Below, piece after piece: positions 19,660 through 29,311 of a stretch of DNA of 64,000 bases. How positions within the stretch are numbered: the first letter of the stretch is position 1; each line of letters begins with the position of its first letter. Source of the DNA: Bacteroidales bacterium. Its GTDB lineage: Bacteria; Bacteroidota; Bacteroidia; Bacteroidales; VadinHA17. The stretch spans positions 1,838-65,837 of the forward strand of contig JBBQZN010000010.1 of the NCBI GenBank assembly GCA_038207725.1, read 5' to 3'. Made by a program: the position numbers and the translations under genes. Below the pieces are notes generated by a model. It was given only the letters and a program-made list of their open reading frames with translations. It was not told the DNA's origin and made no database searches.

Positions 19660-20109
19660 ATGTCAACACTAAAACAAATAAATGAATTTCTCAGTTTTCA
19701 GCCAATTGCGCTGGTAGGAGTTTCAAGGAATCCAAAAAAGTTTGGATATACTGCCTTTAAAGAGCTAAAGGAAAAGGGGATGAGTATTATTCCGGTGAAC
19801 CCCGAAACGGATGAGATAATGGGAGAAAAATCGTACAGCGATGTAAGCAAATTACCGGCTGAGGTAAAAGCAATAATCATAATGACAAAAAAAGAAAAAA
19901 CGTCCGGTGTAGTAAAAGAGGCAAGGGAGAAAGGTATTAAGCAAATATGGATTCAGCAGATGGCTGAGACACGCGAAGTACTTGATGATCTGAAAGATTC
20001 GGATATAAATTATATAACGGGCGAATGCATTCTGATGCATTACAAACCTCACAGTATTCATAAGTTTCACAGAGCCATCAACAAATTCTTCCGGAAATTT
20101 CCAAAATAA
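19660..20109 (+). CDS. CoA-binding domain protein (YccU-like)
   Basis: IALVGVSRNPKKFGY...IPVNP pattern typical of CoA_binding_2 proteins. Confidence 0.7.
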   Translation: MSTLKQINEFLSFQPIALVGVSRNPKKFGYTAFKELKEKGMSIIPVNPETDEIMGEKSYSDVSKLPAEVKAIIIMTKKEKTSGVVKEAREKGIKQIWIQQMAETREVLDDLKDSDINYITGECILMHYKPHSIHKFHRAINKFFRKFPK

Positions 20110-20265
20110 AATTTCCTCCTTACATAAACAAAGCGGGCTGAGGATTATCGTTCTTCCGGATATAAGCTACGGCTTTTTTAAGTATTAATAACTGCAAATA
20201 AGTCACTAATAATTTGTAAAATTGCAACTTATCAGATGATAATATATTGAGGCTTTTTGTTCATT

Positions 20266-20673
20266 ATGGCTGCTGCAACAGAAACATATACAGTTGAATT
20301 CATTGTCAGGGATTATGAACTTGATCTGCAGGGACTTGTTAATAATGCAAATTACCAGCATTATCTCGAGCATGCCCGGCATATGTTCCTTATTTCAAAG
20401 GGAATAGACTTTGTGCAATTACATAACGAAGGCATTGATCTGATAGTTACAAGAGTAGAGATTGATTATAAATTCCCTCTTCGGAGTTTAGACAAGTTTA
20501 TAGTCAGACTTCATATAGCCAGGGAAGGAAATGCAAGGCTTCTTTTTAATCAGGATATTTACAGACTTTCTGATGAAAAACATATTGTACATGCCAGAGT
20601 AACAGGAGTTGCTACAAAAAACGGCCGGCCGGTACCACCGGGAAAACTGGTTAAGCAACTCGGATTAGATTAG
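20266..20673 (+). CDS. Hotdog-fold acyl-CoA thioesterase (YbgC/4HBT family)
   Basis: About 135 aa with VRDYELDLQGLVNNANYQHYLEHAR, typical of the 4HBT family. A TTG at 20257 is an alternative start. Confidence 0.75.
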   Translation: MAAATETYTVEFIVRDYELDLQGLVNNANYQHYLEHARHMFLISKGIDFVQLHNEGIDLIVTRVEIDYKFPLRSLDKFIVRLHIAREGNARLLFNQDIYRLSDEKHIVHARVTGVATKNGRPVPPGKLVKQLGLD

Positions 20674-20694
20674 ACGAATTTAAAAGAAAAGCAT

Positions 20695-21621
20695 ATGGCA
20701 AACAAGAAACTTACCAGAAGACAATTTGTTACAACAACTGTTACGGCAGGTGCAGCGACTGTTTTGCTTGCTAAACCTTCTTTTGCTTTTGCAGCTGATA
20801 AAAAAGCTGCTGTTTCTGATGCTTTTGCAACTGTAAAATTGGGTAAATCGGGGATTAAAACATCCTTTCTGGGAATGGGAACCGGGTTCAGCGGCTATAA
20901 CCGTTCGTCAAACATTACACGTGCCGGTGTTGCAGAAGGACTAATACGGCAGGCATACGAAAAGGGTGTAAGGTTTTTTGACTGTGCCGATAGCTATGGT
21001 ACGCATCCTTATACTGCATCTGCGCTTAAGGGTTTTTCGAGAGATAGCTATACTCTCAGTTCAAAGATGTGGGTTGGCCAGGGTGGAATTCCGGAGCCGG
21101 AGCGGCCAGGAGCAGATGTTGTTGTGGACAGGTTTCGGAAGGAACTGAATACCGACTATATTGATATGGTTCAGATCCATTGCATGACAGATGCTTTGTG
21201 GACTGACAAGCAGAAGGAGCAGATGGATAAACTTGAAACGTTGAAAGCTAAAAAGATTATCGGGGCTCACGGGGTTTCTGTTCATTCACTCGAGGCAATG
21301 GAGGCATGCGTAAACAATCCCTGGGTTGATGTTGTACACGTGAGAATAAATCCTTTCGGGGAAGCGATGGATAAGAAAAATGTTGCAGAAGTGACTGCTG
21401 TTATACAAAAACTTCACGACGCAGGGAAAGGAGTTATTGGCATGAAGCTGATCGGAAACGGGAAATTCAGAAATGACTCTGACAAAATAGATGAATCACT
21501 CAGATTTGTACTTGGACTTGGAACAGTTGATTCAATAATTGTAGGGTTTGAGCTTCCGGAACAAATTGACAACTATATTGCGAGGGTTGAGGCAGCACTT
21601 AAGCTCAGAAAACAGAAATAG
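20695..21621 (+). CDS. Aldo/keto reductase with a twin-arginine (Tat) signal peptide
   Basis: N-terminus TRRQFVTTTVTAGAATVLLAKPSFAFA, plus AKR motifs (FFDCADSYG, YIDMVQIHC). Confidence 0.8.
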   Translation: MANKKLTRRQFVTTTVTAGAATVLLAKPSFAFAADKKAAVSDAFATVKLGKSGIKTSFLGMGTGFSGYNRSSNITRAGVAEGLIRQAYEKGVRFFDCADSYGTHPYTASALKGFSRDSYTLSSKMWVGQGGIPEPERPGADVVVDRFRKELNTDYIDMVQIHCMTDALWTDKQKEQMDKLETLKAKKIIGAHGVSVHSLEAMEACVNNPWVDVVHVRINPFGEAMDKKNVAEVTAVIQKLHDAGKGVIGMKLIGNGKFRNDSDKIDESLRFVLGLGTVDSIIVGFELPEQIDNYIARVEAALKLRKQK

Positions 21622-21652
21622 ACTTATAATAGACTAACTCCTTAAGAAAGAA

Positions 21653-22564
21653 ATGAAAACAACTAAGTTTTTTCTATCAATACTGGTAATTATTACTGTA
21701 TGTGCTTTCATTTCCTTTGTTCCTCAGGGAGGCCTTGAAAAGATAATTCAGCCGGGAGCAAAGCCTGAAAAACTTGCTGAGGGTTTTCTTTTCACGGAAG
21801 GTCCATCGGCTGATGCTGAAGGAAATGTATATTTTACCGATCAGCCAAATGACCGGATATTGTTCTGGAGTGAGTCGGCAGGGCTCTCAACCTATATGCA
21901 GCCCAGCGGCAGGTCGAATGGTCTCACCTTCGACAACAAGGGAAACCTCTGGTCGTGTGCCGACGAGAAAAATGAATTATGGATGATTGGTCCGGATAAA
22001 AAAGTTACAGTTATTCCGTCAAAATACAACGATAAGGTTCTGAACGGGCCAAATGATCTCTGGATTACGAAAGATGGCGGGGTTTATTTTACTGATCCAT
22101 ACTATAAGAGAGCTTGGTGGGACCACTCAACAATGCCGCAGGAGATACAGGCGGTATATTACCTTACGCCCGATCATAAAAGCATTATAAAAGTTGCAGA
22201 AGGTCTTAAACAGCCAAATGGAATTGTAGGAACACCCGACGGCAAAAAGCTTTTTATTGCAGATATTGGCGATAAAAAAACATGGTCTTTTACAATTAAT
22301 AAAGACAGAACCCTTGGCAATAAAACCCTTTTCTGTGAAATGGGTTCTGATGGGATGACAATTGATTCAAAAGGGAACATTTACCTTACAGGAAAAGGAG
22401 TTACTATATTTGATAAGAATGGGAAACAGATCGGGAATATTGAAATTCCGGAAAGCTGGACAGCAAATGTCTGCTTCGGAGACAAGGATCTGAAGAGTCT
22501 TTTTATTACTGCAAGCAAAGGTCTTTATAGGATCAGGCTAAAGATAAAAGGTACCCGGGGATAA
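21653..22564 (+). CDS. SMP-30/gluconolactonase/LRE-family beta-propeller protein with a signal peptide
   Basis: FTEGPSADAEGNVYFTDQPNDRI and repeated NG/PNG/DG propeller motifs, with an N-terminal hydrophobic signal. Confidence 0.8.
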   Translation: MKTTKFFLSILVIITVCAFISFVPQGGLEKIIQPGAKPEKLAEGFLFTEGPSADAEGNVYFTDQPNDRILFWSESAGLSTYMQPSGRSNGLTFDNKGNLWSCADEKNELWMIGPDKKVTVIPSKYNDKVLNGPNDLWITKDGGVYFTDPYYKRAWWDHSTMPQEIQAVYYLTPDHKSIIKVAEGLKQPNGIVGTPDGKKLFIADIGDKKTWSFTINKDRTLGNKTLFCEMGSDGMTIDSKGNIYLTGKGVTIFDKNGKQIGNIEIPESWTANVCFGDKDLKSLFITASKGLYRIRLKIKGTRG

Positions 22565-22599
22565 GAAAACTGTGCGGAAAAAATTAGAATTTATTGATT

Positions 22600-22791
22600 A
22601 TGGAAGGAACAAGACGAGCAGAGATAAAACCAGGAATTGAAGTAATGGTTGAACTGGCTGAAGACAAAAGGACAGGACGGCTTACGGGAGGCGTAGTAAA
22701 AGAGATACTTACTTCCTCGCCTAACCACCCCCACGGCATAAAAGTTATGCTGGAAAACGGGCTTGTTGGCAGGATAAAACAGATTGTCTGA
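22600..22791 (+). CDS. YwbE-family small protein (DUF2196)
   Basis: IKPG...TGGVVKEILTSSPNHPHGIKV matches the conserved YwbE core. A TTG at 22594 is an alternative start. Confidence 0.7.
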   Translation: MEGTRRAEIKPGIEVMVELAEDKRTGRLTGGVVKEILTSSPNHPHGIKVMLENGLVGRIKQIV

Positions 22792-22825
22792 TATTTCTTA
22801 TTCTGCAATCATCCGAAAAAATTTC

Positions 22826-22833
22826 TAAATTTG
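22826..22833 (+). promoter_or_regulatory. Candidate -7 box TAaaTTTG upstream of pfk
   Basis: Exact TAnnTTTG match about 64 nt upstream of the ATG at 22897. Confidence 0.3.
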
Positions 22834-22896
22834 ATGCGGTGGGAAGCTCTGGCTTTTCAACTTTGAAGTTATTTATTCTGATAAAATTTGCAGAAG

Positions 22897-24222
22897 ATGA
22901 AAGACGAGGACTTTCTTGTTACATCCCTTGGCAGGGGAAATGTTATTTCACCGCTTAAAAACAATCAACGGGCAGATAGTCCTGTTTATAAGTTTGTTAA
23001 CGATAGTGAAAGGATTCTTCATGACCCTTCGCTGGAGAACTTTTTACATTGCCGCGAAACAGGAGAGACGCCTGTTTCATTTGAAAAAGCGGGACCCCGT
23101 GAAAATCTTTTTTTTGAACCTGCAAAGACAAAAGTGGGCATTGTTACCTGCGGTGGTCTCTGTCCCGGTTTGAATAATGTTATACGCAGCATTGTAAATG
23201 AACTGCATTACAGGTATGGCATAAGCCGGGTGCTTGGAATACAGTACGGATACGAGGGGCTTATTTCAAAATACAACCATGCCGTTATTGAACTTACCCC
23301 TTCAATGGTAAGGTCAATTCATCAGACCGGCGGTACATTTCTGGGATCATCGCGGGGAGACCAGGATGTTGAAAAGATGGTAGATACCCTTGAGATAATG
23401 AATATCAATGTTTTGTTCTGCATTGGCGGAGACGGAACACTTAGAGGAGCCCATGATTTACATGCTGAAATTGAAAAACGAAAGTTGAAAATCAGTGTTG
23501 CCGGCATCCCGAAAACAATTGATAATGATATAAATCTTATACAGAAATCTTTTGGTTTCGAAACGGCCTTTTCAATAGCAAATGATATAATACGAAATGC
23601 CCATAATGAGGCTTCGGGCGCTTTTAATGGTATAGCACTGGTAAAGCTTATGGGACGTGATTCCGGTTTCATCGCTGCAAGTGCTGCTCTTTCGATTCAG
23701 GAAGTAAACTTCGTTCTTATACCCGAGATCACATTTGATCTATACGGACAAAGAGGGTTTCTAAAGGTACTGAGGAAGAGACTTGAGGAAAGAAAACATG
23801 CAGTCATTGTTGTAGCTGAAGGAGCGGGTCAGGAGTTTTTTGAGAATCAGGATAATGAAAAAGATGCTTCCGGAAATGTGAAACACAAGGACATCGGAAT
23901 CTATCTGAAAGACAAAATTTCCGAGGAATTCAAAAACAAAGAATTTCCTTTTTCAATTAAGTATATCGATCCAAGTTATATTATCAGAAGCGCACCTGCT
24001 AATGCCAACGACAGTAAATTCTGCAACCTGCTTGCCCAGAATGCTGTTCATGCAGCCCTGTCAGGAAAAACAGACTTCGTTGTAGGTTTCTGGAATAACC
24101 AGTTTACCCTTCTGCCAATACCAATGGCTGTTGCTAAAAGAAAAAAAATAGACGTTGAGGGCGAGTTGTGGTGGAATGTTCTCGAAGCAACAGGCCAGCC
24201 AATAAGCATGAAGAACCCGTAA
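22897..24222 (+). CDS. pfkA: 6-phosphofructokinase (long-form PfkA family)
   Basis: Motifs GIVTCGGLCPGLNNVIR, IGGDGTLRGA and PKTIDND. A TTG at 22888 is an alternative start. Confidence 0.9.
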   Translation: MKDEDFLVTSLGRGNVISPLKNNQRADSPVYKFVNDSERILHDPSLENFLHCRETGETPVSFEKAGPRENLFFEPAKTKVGIVTCGGLCPGLNNVIRSIVNELHYRYGISRVLGIQYGYEGLISKYNHAVIELTPSMVRSIHQTGGTFLGSSRGDQDVEKMVDTLEIMNINVLFCIGGDGTLRGAHDLHAEIEKRKLKISVAGIPKTIDNDINLIQKSFGFETAFSIANDIIRNAHNEASGAFNGIALVKLMGRDSGFIAASAALSIQEVNFVLIPEITFDLYGQRGFLKVLRKRLEERKHAVIVVAEGAGQEFFENQDNEKDASGNVKHKDIGIYLKDKISEEFKNKEFPFSIKYIDPSYIIRSAPANANDSKFCNLLAQNAVHAALSGKTDFVVGFWNNQFTLLPIPMAVAKRKKIDVEGELWWNVLEATGQPISMKNP

Positions 24223-24223
24223 T

Positions 24224-24835
24224 ATGATAAAAAATTTAGTCTTTGATCTTGGCAATGTGCTTATAAGTTTCAGACCATCAGAGTTTTTCGATAAAAAGAA
24301 CTATCCTGAAAAAATGAAATTAACCATTCTTGCCGATATTTTCGCAAGCAAGGAGTGGCTTCTTCTCGACAATGGAGAAATAAACACCTTGCAGGCAATT
24401 GAGGGTATCGCATCCAAATCATCTCTTAAAAGGGAGGAAATAGAGCATATTTTCAATCTTCGAACCGAATTGATATTTCCCCTTGACTCAAACGTAAGAC
24501 TCCTCCCCGGGCTTAAAAAGCGGGGATTCGGGCTGTACTTTTTGTCAAACTTCCCTATGGATCTCTTTGAAGGGGTTAAAAACGACTATTATTTCTTTAA
24601 ATATTTTCTCGGCGGGGTTATTTCTGCCGAAGCAAAATTCTCCAAGCCTGACAGACAAATTTATGAACTGCTGCTGTCGAGATATGAGCTGAATTCCGAA
24701 GAATGCCTTTTTATAGATGACCTTGAAGTAAATGTGAATGCTGCTGAGGAACTTGGAATGAAGGGACTGGTAACATTCGGTTCGCTTGAACTGGATGATA
24801 AAATTAACGACGCAATAAATCTACATAGTAAATAA
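24224..24835 (+). CDS. HAD-superfamily hydrolase (subfamily IA-like)
   Basis: Motif I-like LVFDLGNVL and a C-terminal FIDDLEVNV motif. Confidence 0.75.
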   Translation: MIKNLVFDLGNVLISFRPSEFFDKKNYPEKMKLTILADIFASKEWLLLDNGEINTLQAIEGIASKSSLKREEIEHIFNLRTELIFPLDSNVRLLPGLKKRGFGLYFLSNFPMDLFEGVKNDYYFFKYFLGGVISAEAKFSKPDRQIYELLLSRYELNSEECLFIDDLEVNVNAAEELGMKGLVTFGSLELDDKINDAINLHSK

Positions 24836-24876
24836 TAAATTTTCTCAGACTCCTTTTCTGAAATACCAGCCTCTAT

Positions 24877-27249
24877 ATGGGAAAGCAGATATTTATTGTT
24901 ATACTGCTGTATCTGAGTGTATTATCATCGCAGGCACAATCACTTACCCAGATCGTTAAAGGAACCGTTTCCGACAGGGAAACACGCACTCCCCTGGCCG
25001 GAGCCAATATTACAGAACTGAATTCATCACCATCAAACGGAACAGCGACAGATGTTTCTGGGTCATTCAGGCTTACAACCGGTATTGGCAGAATTTCTTT
25101 AAAGATCTCTTACCTTGGTTATGAAGAGCTTATCCTCAGGGATATACTTGTTGCCACAGGAAAAGAGGTTGTGCTAGAGGTTCTCCTTGAAGAGAGGTTA
25201 ATAAAAACATCTGATGTTGTAATCAGGTCTGACAGGGACGGAGCCAGAAGCATAAATCAGATGGCAACAATCAGCACAAATACTATCAGGACAGCAGATG
25301 CACTGCGTTATGCAGGGGGGTTTTATGATCCTTCAAGAATTGTAAATGCATTTGCCGGAGTAATTACGTCGAACAATGATTATAGCAACGATATTGTAAT
25401 CAGGGGAAATTCATCGCGTGGATTATTATGGCGGCTTGAAGGAATAGAGATTCCCAATCCAAATCATTTTAGCGATGGTCAGGGAGGAAGTGGCGGTGCC
25501 TTCTCAGCAATCACATCCAACGTAATTGCCAATTTTGACTTTTTTACAGGAGCCTTTCCGGCTGAGTTTGGAAATGCATTTTCCGGGGTAATGGATCTTA
25601 ATTTGCGGAAGGGAAATTCTGACAAACATGAATTTGCGTTTCAGACTGGAATGATTGGGGCAGAATTAGCTGCGGAAGGTCCCTTTTCTGCAGGAGGAAA
25701 AGCATCATTTCTTATCAATGCACGATATACAAATTTCAAAATTCTTAGCGATCTGAATCTGATAGATCTGGGCGAATCGAATTTTGCACCCCGAACGAAA
25801 GATCTTGTATTTAATCTGAATTTACCATTAAAAAAGGGCGGCGCTGTTAATCTATTCAGTGTACTTGGGTCGAGTGAACTGGGAAAAATTGCAAACCCCA
25901 ATGTCGCCGAATGGACTACACAGGCCGACAGGTGGGAGGAAATGGAAAAACAAAGTTCGGGCACAATCGGATTAAAATATCTGTATATGGCTCCGTCGGC
26001 TAAAACTTACATTAAAACGGTGATCGCCTATACCTCTTTCAGCAGTTCATACAGTGAAGGTTATGTTGATTCGGCTCTCGTGCGCGACAACTCATATTAC
26101 AACAATTATAATTTTCCTTCATTAAGAACCTCTGTTGTTGTCAACCATAAAGTTAACTCCAAAAACAGTATCCGTACAGGATTCAACTACAATTACCTGA
26201 CTGCTGAAATGGGAAACTTCCAACTGAATAAATTAAGTGTATTTGATACACTTGTAAGTCCGTCTGCACACGCTAGCCTTTTTCAGGGTTATGCTCAATG
26301 GAAATATAAGCCTGCAACGGGACTGGAAATAAATACCGGTGTGCATATACTTGAATCAACTCCCTATGGAAAAGCGAGTTTCGAACCCCGGATAGGTCTG
26401 AGGTGGGAAGTTGCTCCAGGAAGGTCGTTTATTGCCGGTTTTGGTCTGCACTCCCGGTCTGAATCGCCCACGGTATATAATGCTCTGATTAAAGATGCTG
26501 ACGGAATCAGAAGGACCCTCAACAGGAAAATGGATCTTTCAAAAGCTGTTCACTGGGTGGCCGGAGTTGATCTTTCACTCTCCGCGGACGTAAGGTTAAG
26601 GGCTGAAATATATTTTCAGAATCTCTATAACATTCCTATTGTCAATAAGGTAACAAGTCAGTATTCAACAATAAACAGCTCAGAACGTTTACCCGATGCT
26701 GTTCTCGAAAATGAAGGAACAGGAAAAAACAGCGGTATTGAGATAACCCTGGAAAAAGCCTTCTCAAAAAACTACTATTTTCTTCTAACCGCATCGCTGT
26801 TCGATTCATGGTATAAAGCCGGTGATCATATACGATATAGCACATACTACAACACTAAATATGTATCTAACTTCATGATTGGCAAGGATATATATGTTGG
26901 TAAAGATAAAAGAAACAGCATAGGACTGAATCTAAAATATGCCCTACGGGGAGGATACCGCTATACTCCTGTTGACAGAACCAAAACCCTGAAATACAAA
27001 AAAATCTATTATTTAAATTCATCAACCTACGAAAGTCAGTTACCCGATTTTATGAGACTTGATGCAGGAATCAATTTCCGGAGTAATCACCGGAAATATT
27101 CCTGGATAGTGATGCTCGACGTTCAAAATGCCGGAAACCGCAAAAATGTTTTCAGGAGGAGGTTCACTTATGAGAACGGACAAATTATTTCAAATGACAT
27201 TTTAAGTCTTGGCATGATACCGGTTTTTAATTTCAGGGTGGAGTTTTAA
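24877..27249 (+). CDS. TonB-dependent outer-membrane receptor with a CarboxypepD_reg-like N-terminal domain
   Basis: Signal peptide, GTVSD..T..PLAGANI N-domain, plug region, and a C-terminal beta-barrel ending in F. Confidence 0.85.
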   Translation: MGKQIFIVILLYLSVLSSQAQSLTQIVKGTVSDRETRTPLAGANITELNSSPSNGTATDVSGSFRLTTGIGRISLKISYLGYEELILRDILVATGKEVVLEVLLEERLIKTSDVVIRSDRDGARSINQMATISTNTIRTADALRYAGGFYDPSRIVNAFAGVITSNNDYSNDIVIRGNSSRGLLWRLEGIEIPNPNHFSDGQGGSGGAFSAITSNVIANFDFFTGAFPAEFGNAFSGVMDLNLRKGNSDKHEFAFQTGMIGAELAAEGPFSAGGKASFLINARYTNFKILSDLNLIDLGESNFAPRTKDLVFNLNLPLKKGGAVNLFSVLGSSELGKIANPNVAEWTTQADRWEEMEKQSSGTIGLKYLYMAPSAKTYIKTVIAYTSFSSSYSEGYVDSALVRDNSYYNNYNFPSLRTSVVVNHKVNSKNSIRTGFNYNYLTAEMGNFQLNKLSVFDTLVSPSAHASLFQGYAQWKYKPATGLEINTGVHILESTPYGKASFEPRIGLRWEVAPGRSFIAGFGLHSRSESPTVYNALIKDADGIRRTLNRKMDLSKAVHWVAGVDLSLSADVRLRAEIYFQNLYNIPIVNKVTSQYSTINSSERLPDAVLENEGTGKNSGIEITLEKAFSKNYYFLLTASLFDSWYKAGDHIRYSTYYNTKYVSNFMIGKDIYVGKDKRNSIGLNLKYALRGGYRYTPVDRTKTLKYKKIYYLNSSTYESQLPDFMRLDAGINFRSNHRKYSWIVMLDVQNAGNRKNVFRRRFTYENGQIISNDILSLGMIPVFNFRVEF

Positions 27250-27470
27250 TACTTGCCGGAAATTTGTCAAAATCCCCCTCTCATGCTAAAAGAGCCGGAC
27301 TTTAAATCGGGAGATAAAAATAATTCCTTCAGAATTGTAGGCTCAGGCTCAAAAATTTACGGGTGTCTCCCTGTATTGGTGAAAATAATGAATTCTGGCA
27401 GAGTTAAGAAGAGAGGAAGCTAGTCTTATATATCAGTATGTCTGTTACCTATGTCAGAAAGAATTTAGAT

Positions 27471-27486
27471 TGTTCCACGTGGAAAC
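27471..27486. promoter_or_regulatory. parS-like centromere site TGTTCCACGTGGAAAC
   Basis: 14/16 identity to the perfect site at 30958-30973, sharing the 12-bp palindromic core TTCCACGTGGAA. It lies 5 nt downstream of the uvrC stop. Confidence 0.6.
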
Positions 27487-27491
27487 CAGAG

Positions 27492-29285
27492 CTATTCTCC
27501 GAAATATTCCAGCAAAACAGAGGCTTTTGAGGGTCCAACAAGGTTTTCCAGCTCCTCCATTGTTGCAGTCTTCAATTTCTCAACTGATCCGAAATGCCGG
27601 AGTAAAATCTCTTTTGTACGGGGACCAATTCCTTTTATCTGATCGAGATCTGACTTTATCATATCGGCAGATCTTTTATCGCGGTGAAAATTTATACCGA
27701 AACGGTGAGCTTCATTCCGAAGGTGCTGGATTATTTTAAGGGAAATAGAATTTTTGTCAAGATAGATGGGAACAGAATCTCCCGGAAAATAGATCTCCTC
27801 TAGCTTTTTTGCAATTCCGATTACGGTAATTTTATTCCGCAGTCCCAGTTTATCCAGACTTTTCATCGCTGAGGAAAGCTGACCTTTTCCGCCGTCGATA
27901 ATCACAAGCTGGGGCGTGTTACTGTTTTCATCGAGCATTCTACGGTATCTTCTGAAGACTATTTCCTCCATTGAGGAGAAATCATCGGGACCGGTAACGG
28001 TTTTTATATTAAAGTGACGGTATTCATTCTTACTCGGACGGGCATTACGGAAGACAACACAAGCAGCAACAGGGTTTGTTCCCATGATATTTGAATTATC
28101 AAAACACTCAATATGCTGGGGAATATCTGCCATGTGCAGATCATTCTTCAGTTTCTCGAGGTTTTTACCAGTGCGCAGCTGCGGAGCATGTTCCAGTTTC
28201 TTTTTCTTTTGCTCGAGCTTGAGGTAGATAGCATTCCGTTCTGCAAGTTCAAGAAGCTTGAGTTTTTCTCCTGCCAAAGGAACAGTATATTTCAGCTTAT
28301 CTATCAGAATATCAGGCTTAAAAGAGACGATTACCTCAGGCGAATCACTTGAAAACCGCTGACGTATTTCTGTCATGGCAAAGCCCAGTATTGATTCCTT
28401 TTCCTCCTCAGTCCTGATCTTGAGTTCTACGGTAAATGCCTGTATTACAGCACCCTGAACAACTTTGAGATAATTAACATAAGCATTATCTCCTTCCTGA
28501 GTGAATCCAAAAACATCGACATTTCTAATAGAATTGCTTACTACAGTAGATTTGCTTTTAAAGCTTGCCAGTATGTCTATTTTATTCTTGATAATCTGTG
28601 CTTCTTCAAACCTGAGCTCCGAAGAATACTTCTTCATTATGTCCTTCAGCTGATCAATAACGGCTGAAATATTTCCCTTAAGAATCTCCTTTATCTGTTG
28701 AATATTCACACCATAGTCTTCTTCTGTTTGCTTACCGATACAGGGTGCCTGACAATTTCCCAGATGATATTCTAGGCAGACTTTGAATTTCCCTGCTTCA
28801 ATGTTTGAAGCGGAAAGATAGTGGTGGCATGTTCTCAGGTTATAAAGCTGTCGTATAAGTTCCACAAGGGTCTTCACCATAAGTCCCGATGTGTATGGTC
28901 CGAAAAAAAGAGATCCGTCTCTTACCGGATTTCTTGTACTGAATACTCGGGGATAAGGCTCCTTTTTTATACAGATCCATGGAAATGTTTTATCGTCTTT
29001 AAGAAGAATATTATAGCGGGGCTGATGCTTTTTTATCAGGTTGTTCTCGAGCAATAATGCATCAGATTCATTGTCGACAACTATATGCCGTATATCGTTC
29101 GTTTTGCGAAGAAGAACCGTTGTTTTCCCCGACTGATTTTTAGCAAAATAAGAAGTGACTCTTTTTTTGAGGTTTTTGGCCTTACCAACATAAATAATTG
29201 TATCAGTTGAGTCAATAAACTGATATATACCGGGTTTATCGGGAAGTAACGAAAGTATTGATTTAAATTTAGCCTCTGGTGGCAT
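27492..29285 (-). CDS. uvrC: Excinuclease ABC subunit C
   Basis: N-terminal GIY-YIG (GIYQF...IIYVGKAKNLKKRV), a UVR domain, and a C-terminal HhH (IKGIGPRTKEILLRHFGS). Confidence 0.95.
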   Translation of the reverse strand: MPPEAKFKSILSLLPDKPGIYQFIDSTDTIIYVGKAKNLKKRVTSYFAKNQSGKTTVLLRKTNDIRHIVVDNESDALLLENNLIKKHQPRYNILLKDDKTFPWICIKKEPYPRVFSTRNPVRDGSLFFGPYTSGLMVKTLVELIRQLYNLRTCHHYLSASNIEAGKFKVCLEYHLGNCQAPCIGKQTEEDYGVNIQQIKEILKGNISAVIDQLKDIMKKYSSELRFEEAQIIKNKIDILASFKSKSTVVSNSIRNVDVFGFTQEGDNAYVNYLKVVQGAVIQAFTVELKIRTEEEKESILGFAMTEIRQRFSSDSPEVIVSFKPDILIDKLKYTVPLAGEKLKLLELAERNAIYLKLEQKKKKLEHAPQLRTGKNLEKLKNDLHMADIPQHIECFDNSNIMGTNPVAACVVFRNARPSKNEYRHFNIKTVTGPDDFSSMEEIVFRRYRRMLDENSNTPQLVIIDGGKGQLSSAMKSLDKLGLRNKITVIGIAKKLEEIYFPGDSVPIYLDKNSISLKIIQHLRNEAHRFGINFHRDKRSADMIKSDLDQIKGIGPRTKEILLRHFGSVEKLKTATMEELENLVGPSKASVLLEYFGE

Positions 29286-29311
29286 TGGGTAAGCAGGTAA
29301 AGATTTTACTA

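Noticed and set aside
27470-27739. 89-aa ORF starting MFHVETR on the plus strand.
   Set aside because: It lies antisense to the uvrC 3' end. Its ATG and first codons are generated by the parS palindrome (aTGTTCCACGTGGAA). This is a classic spurious ORF.
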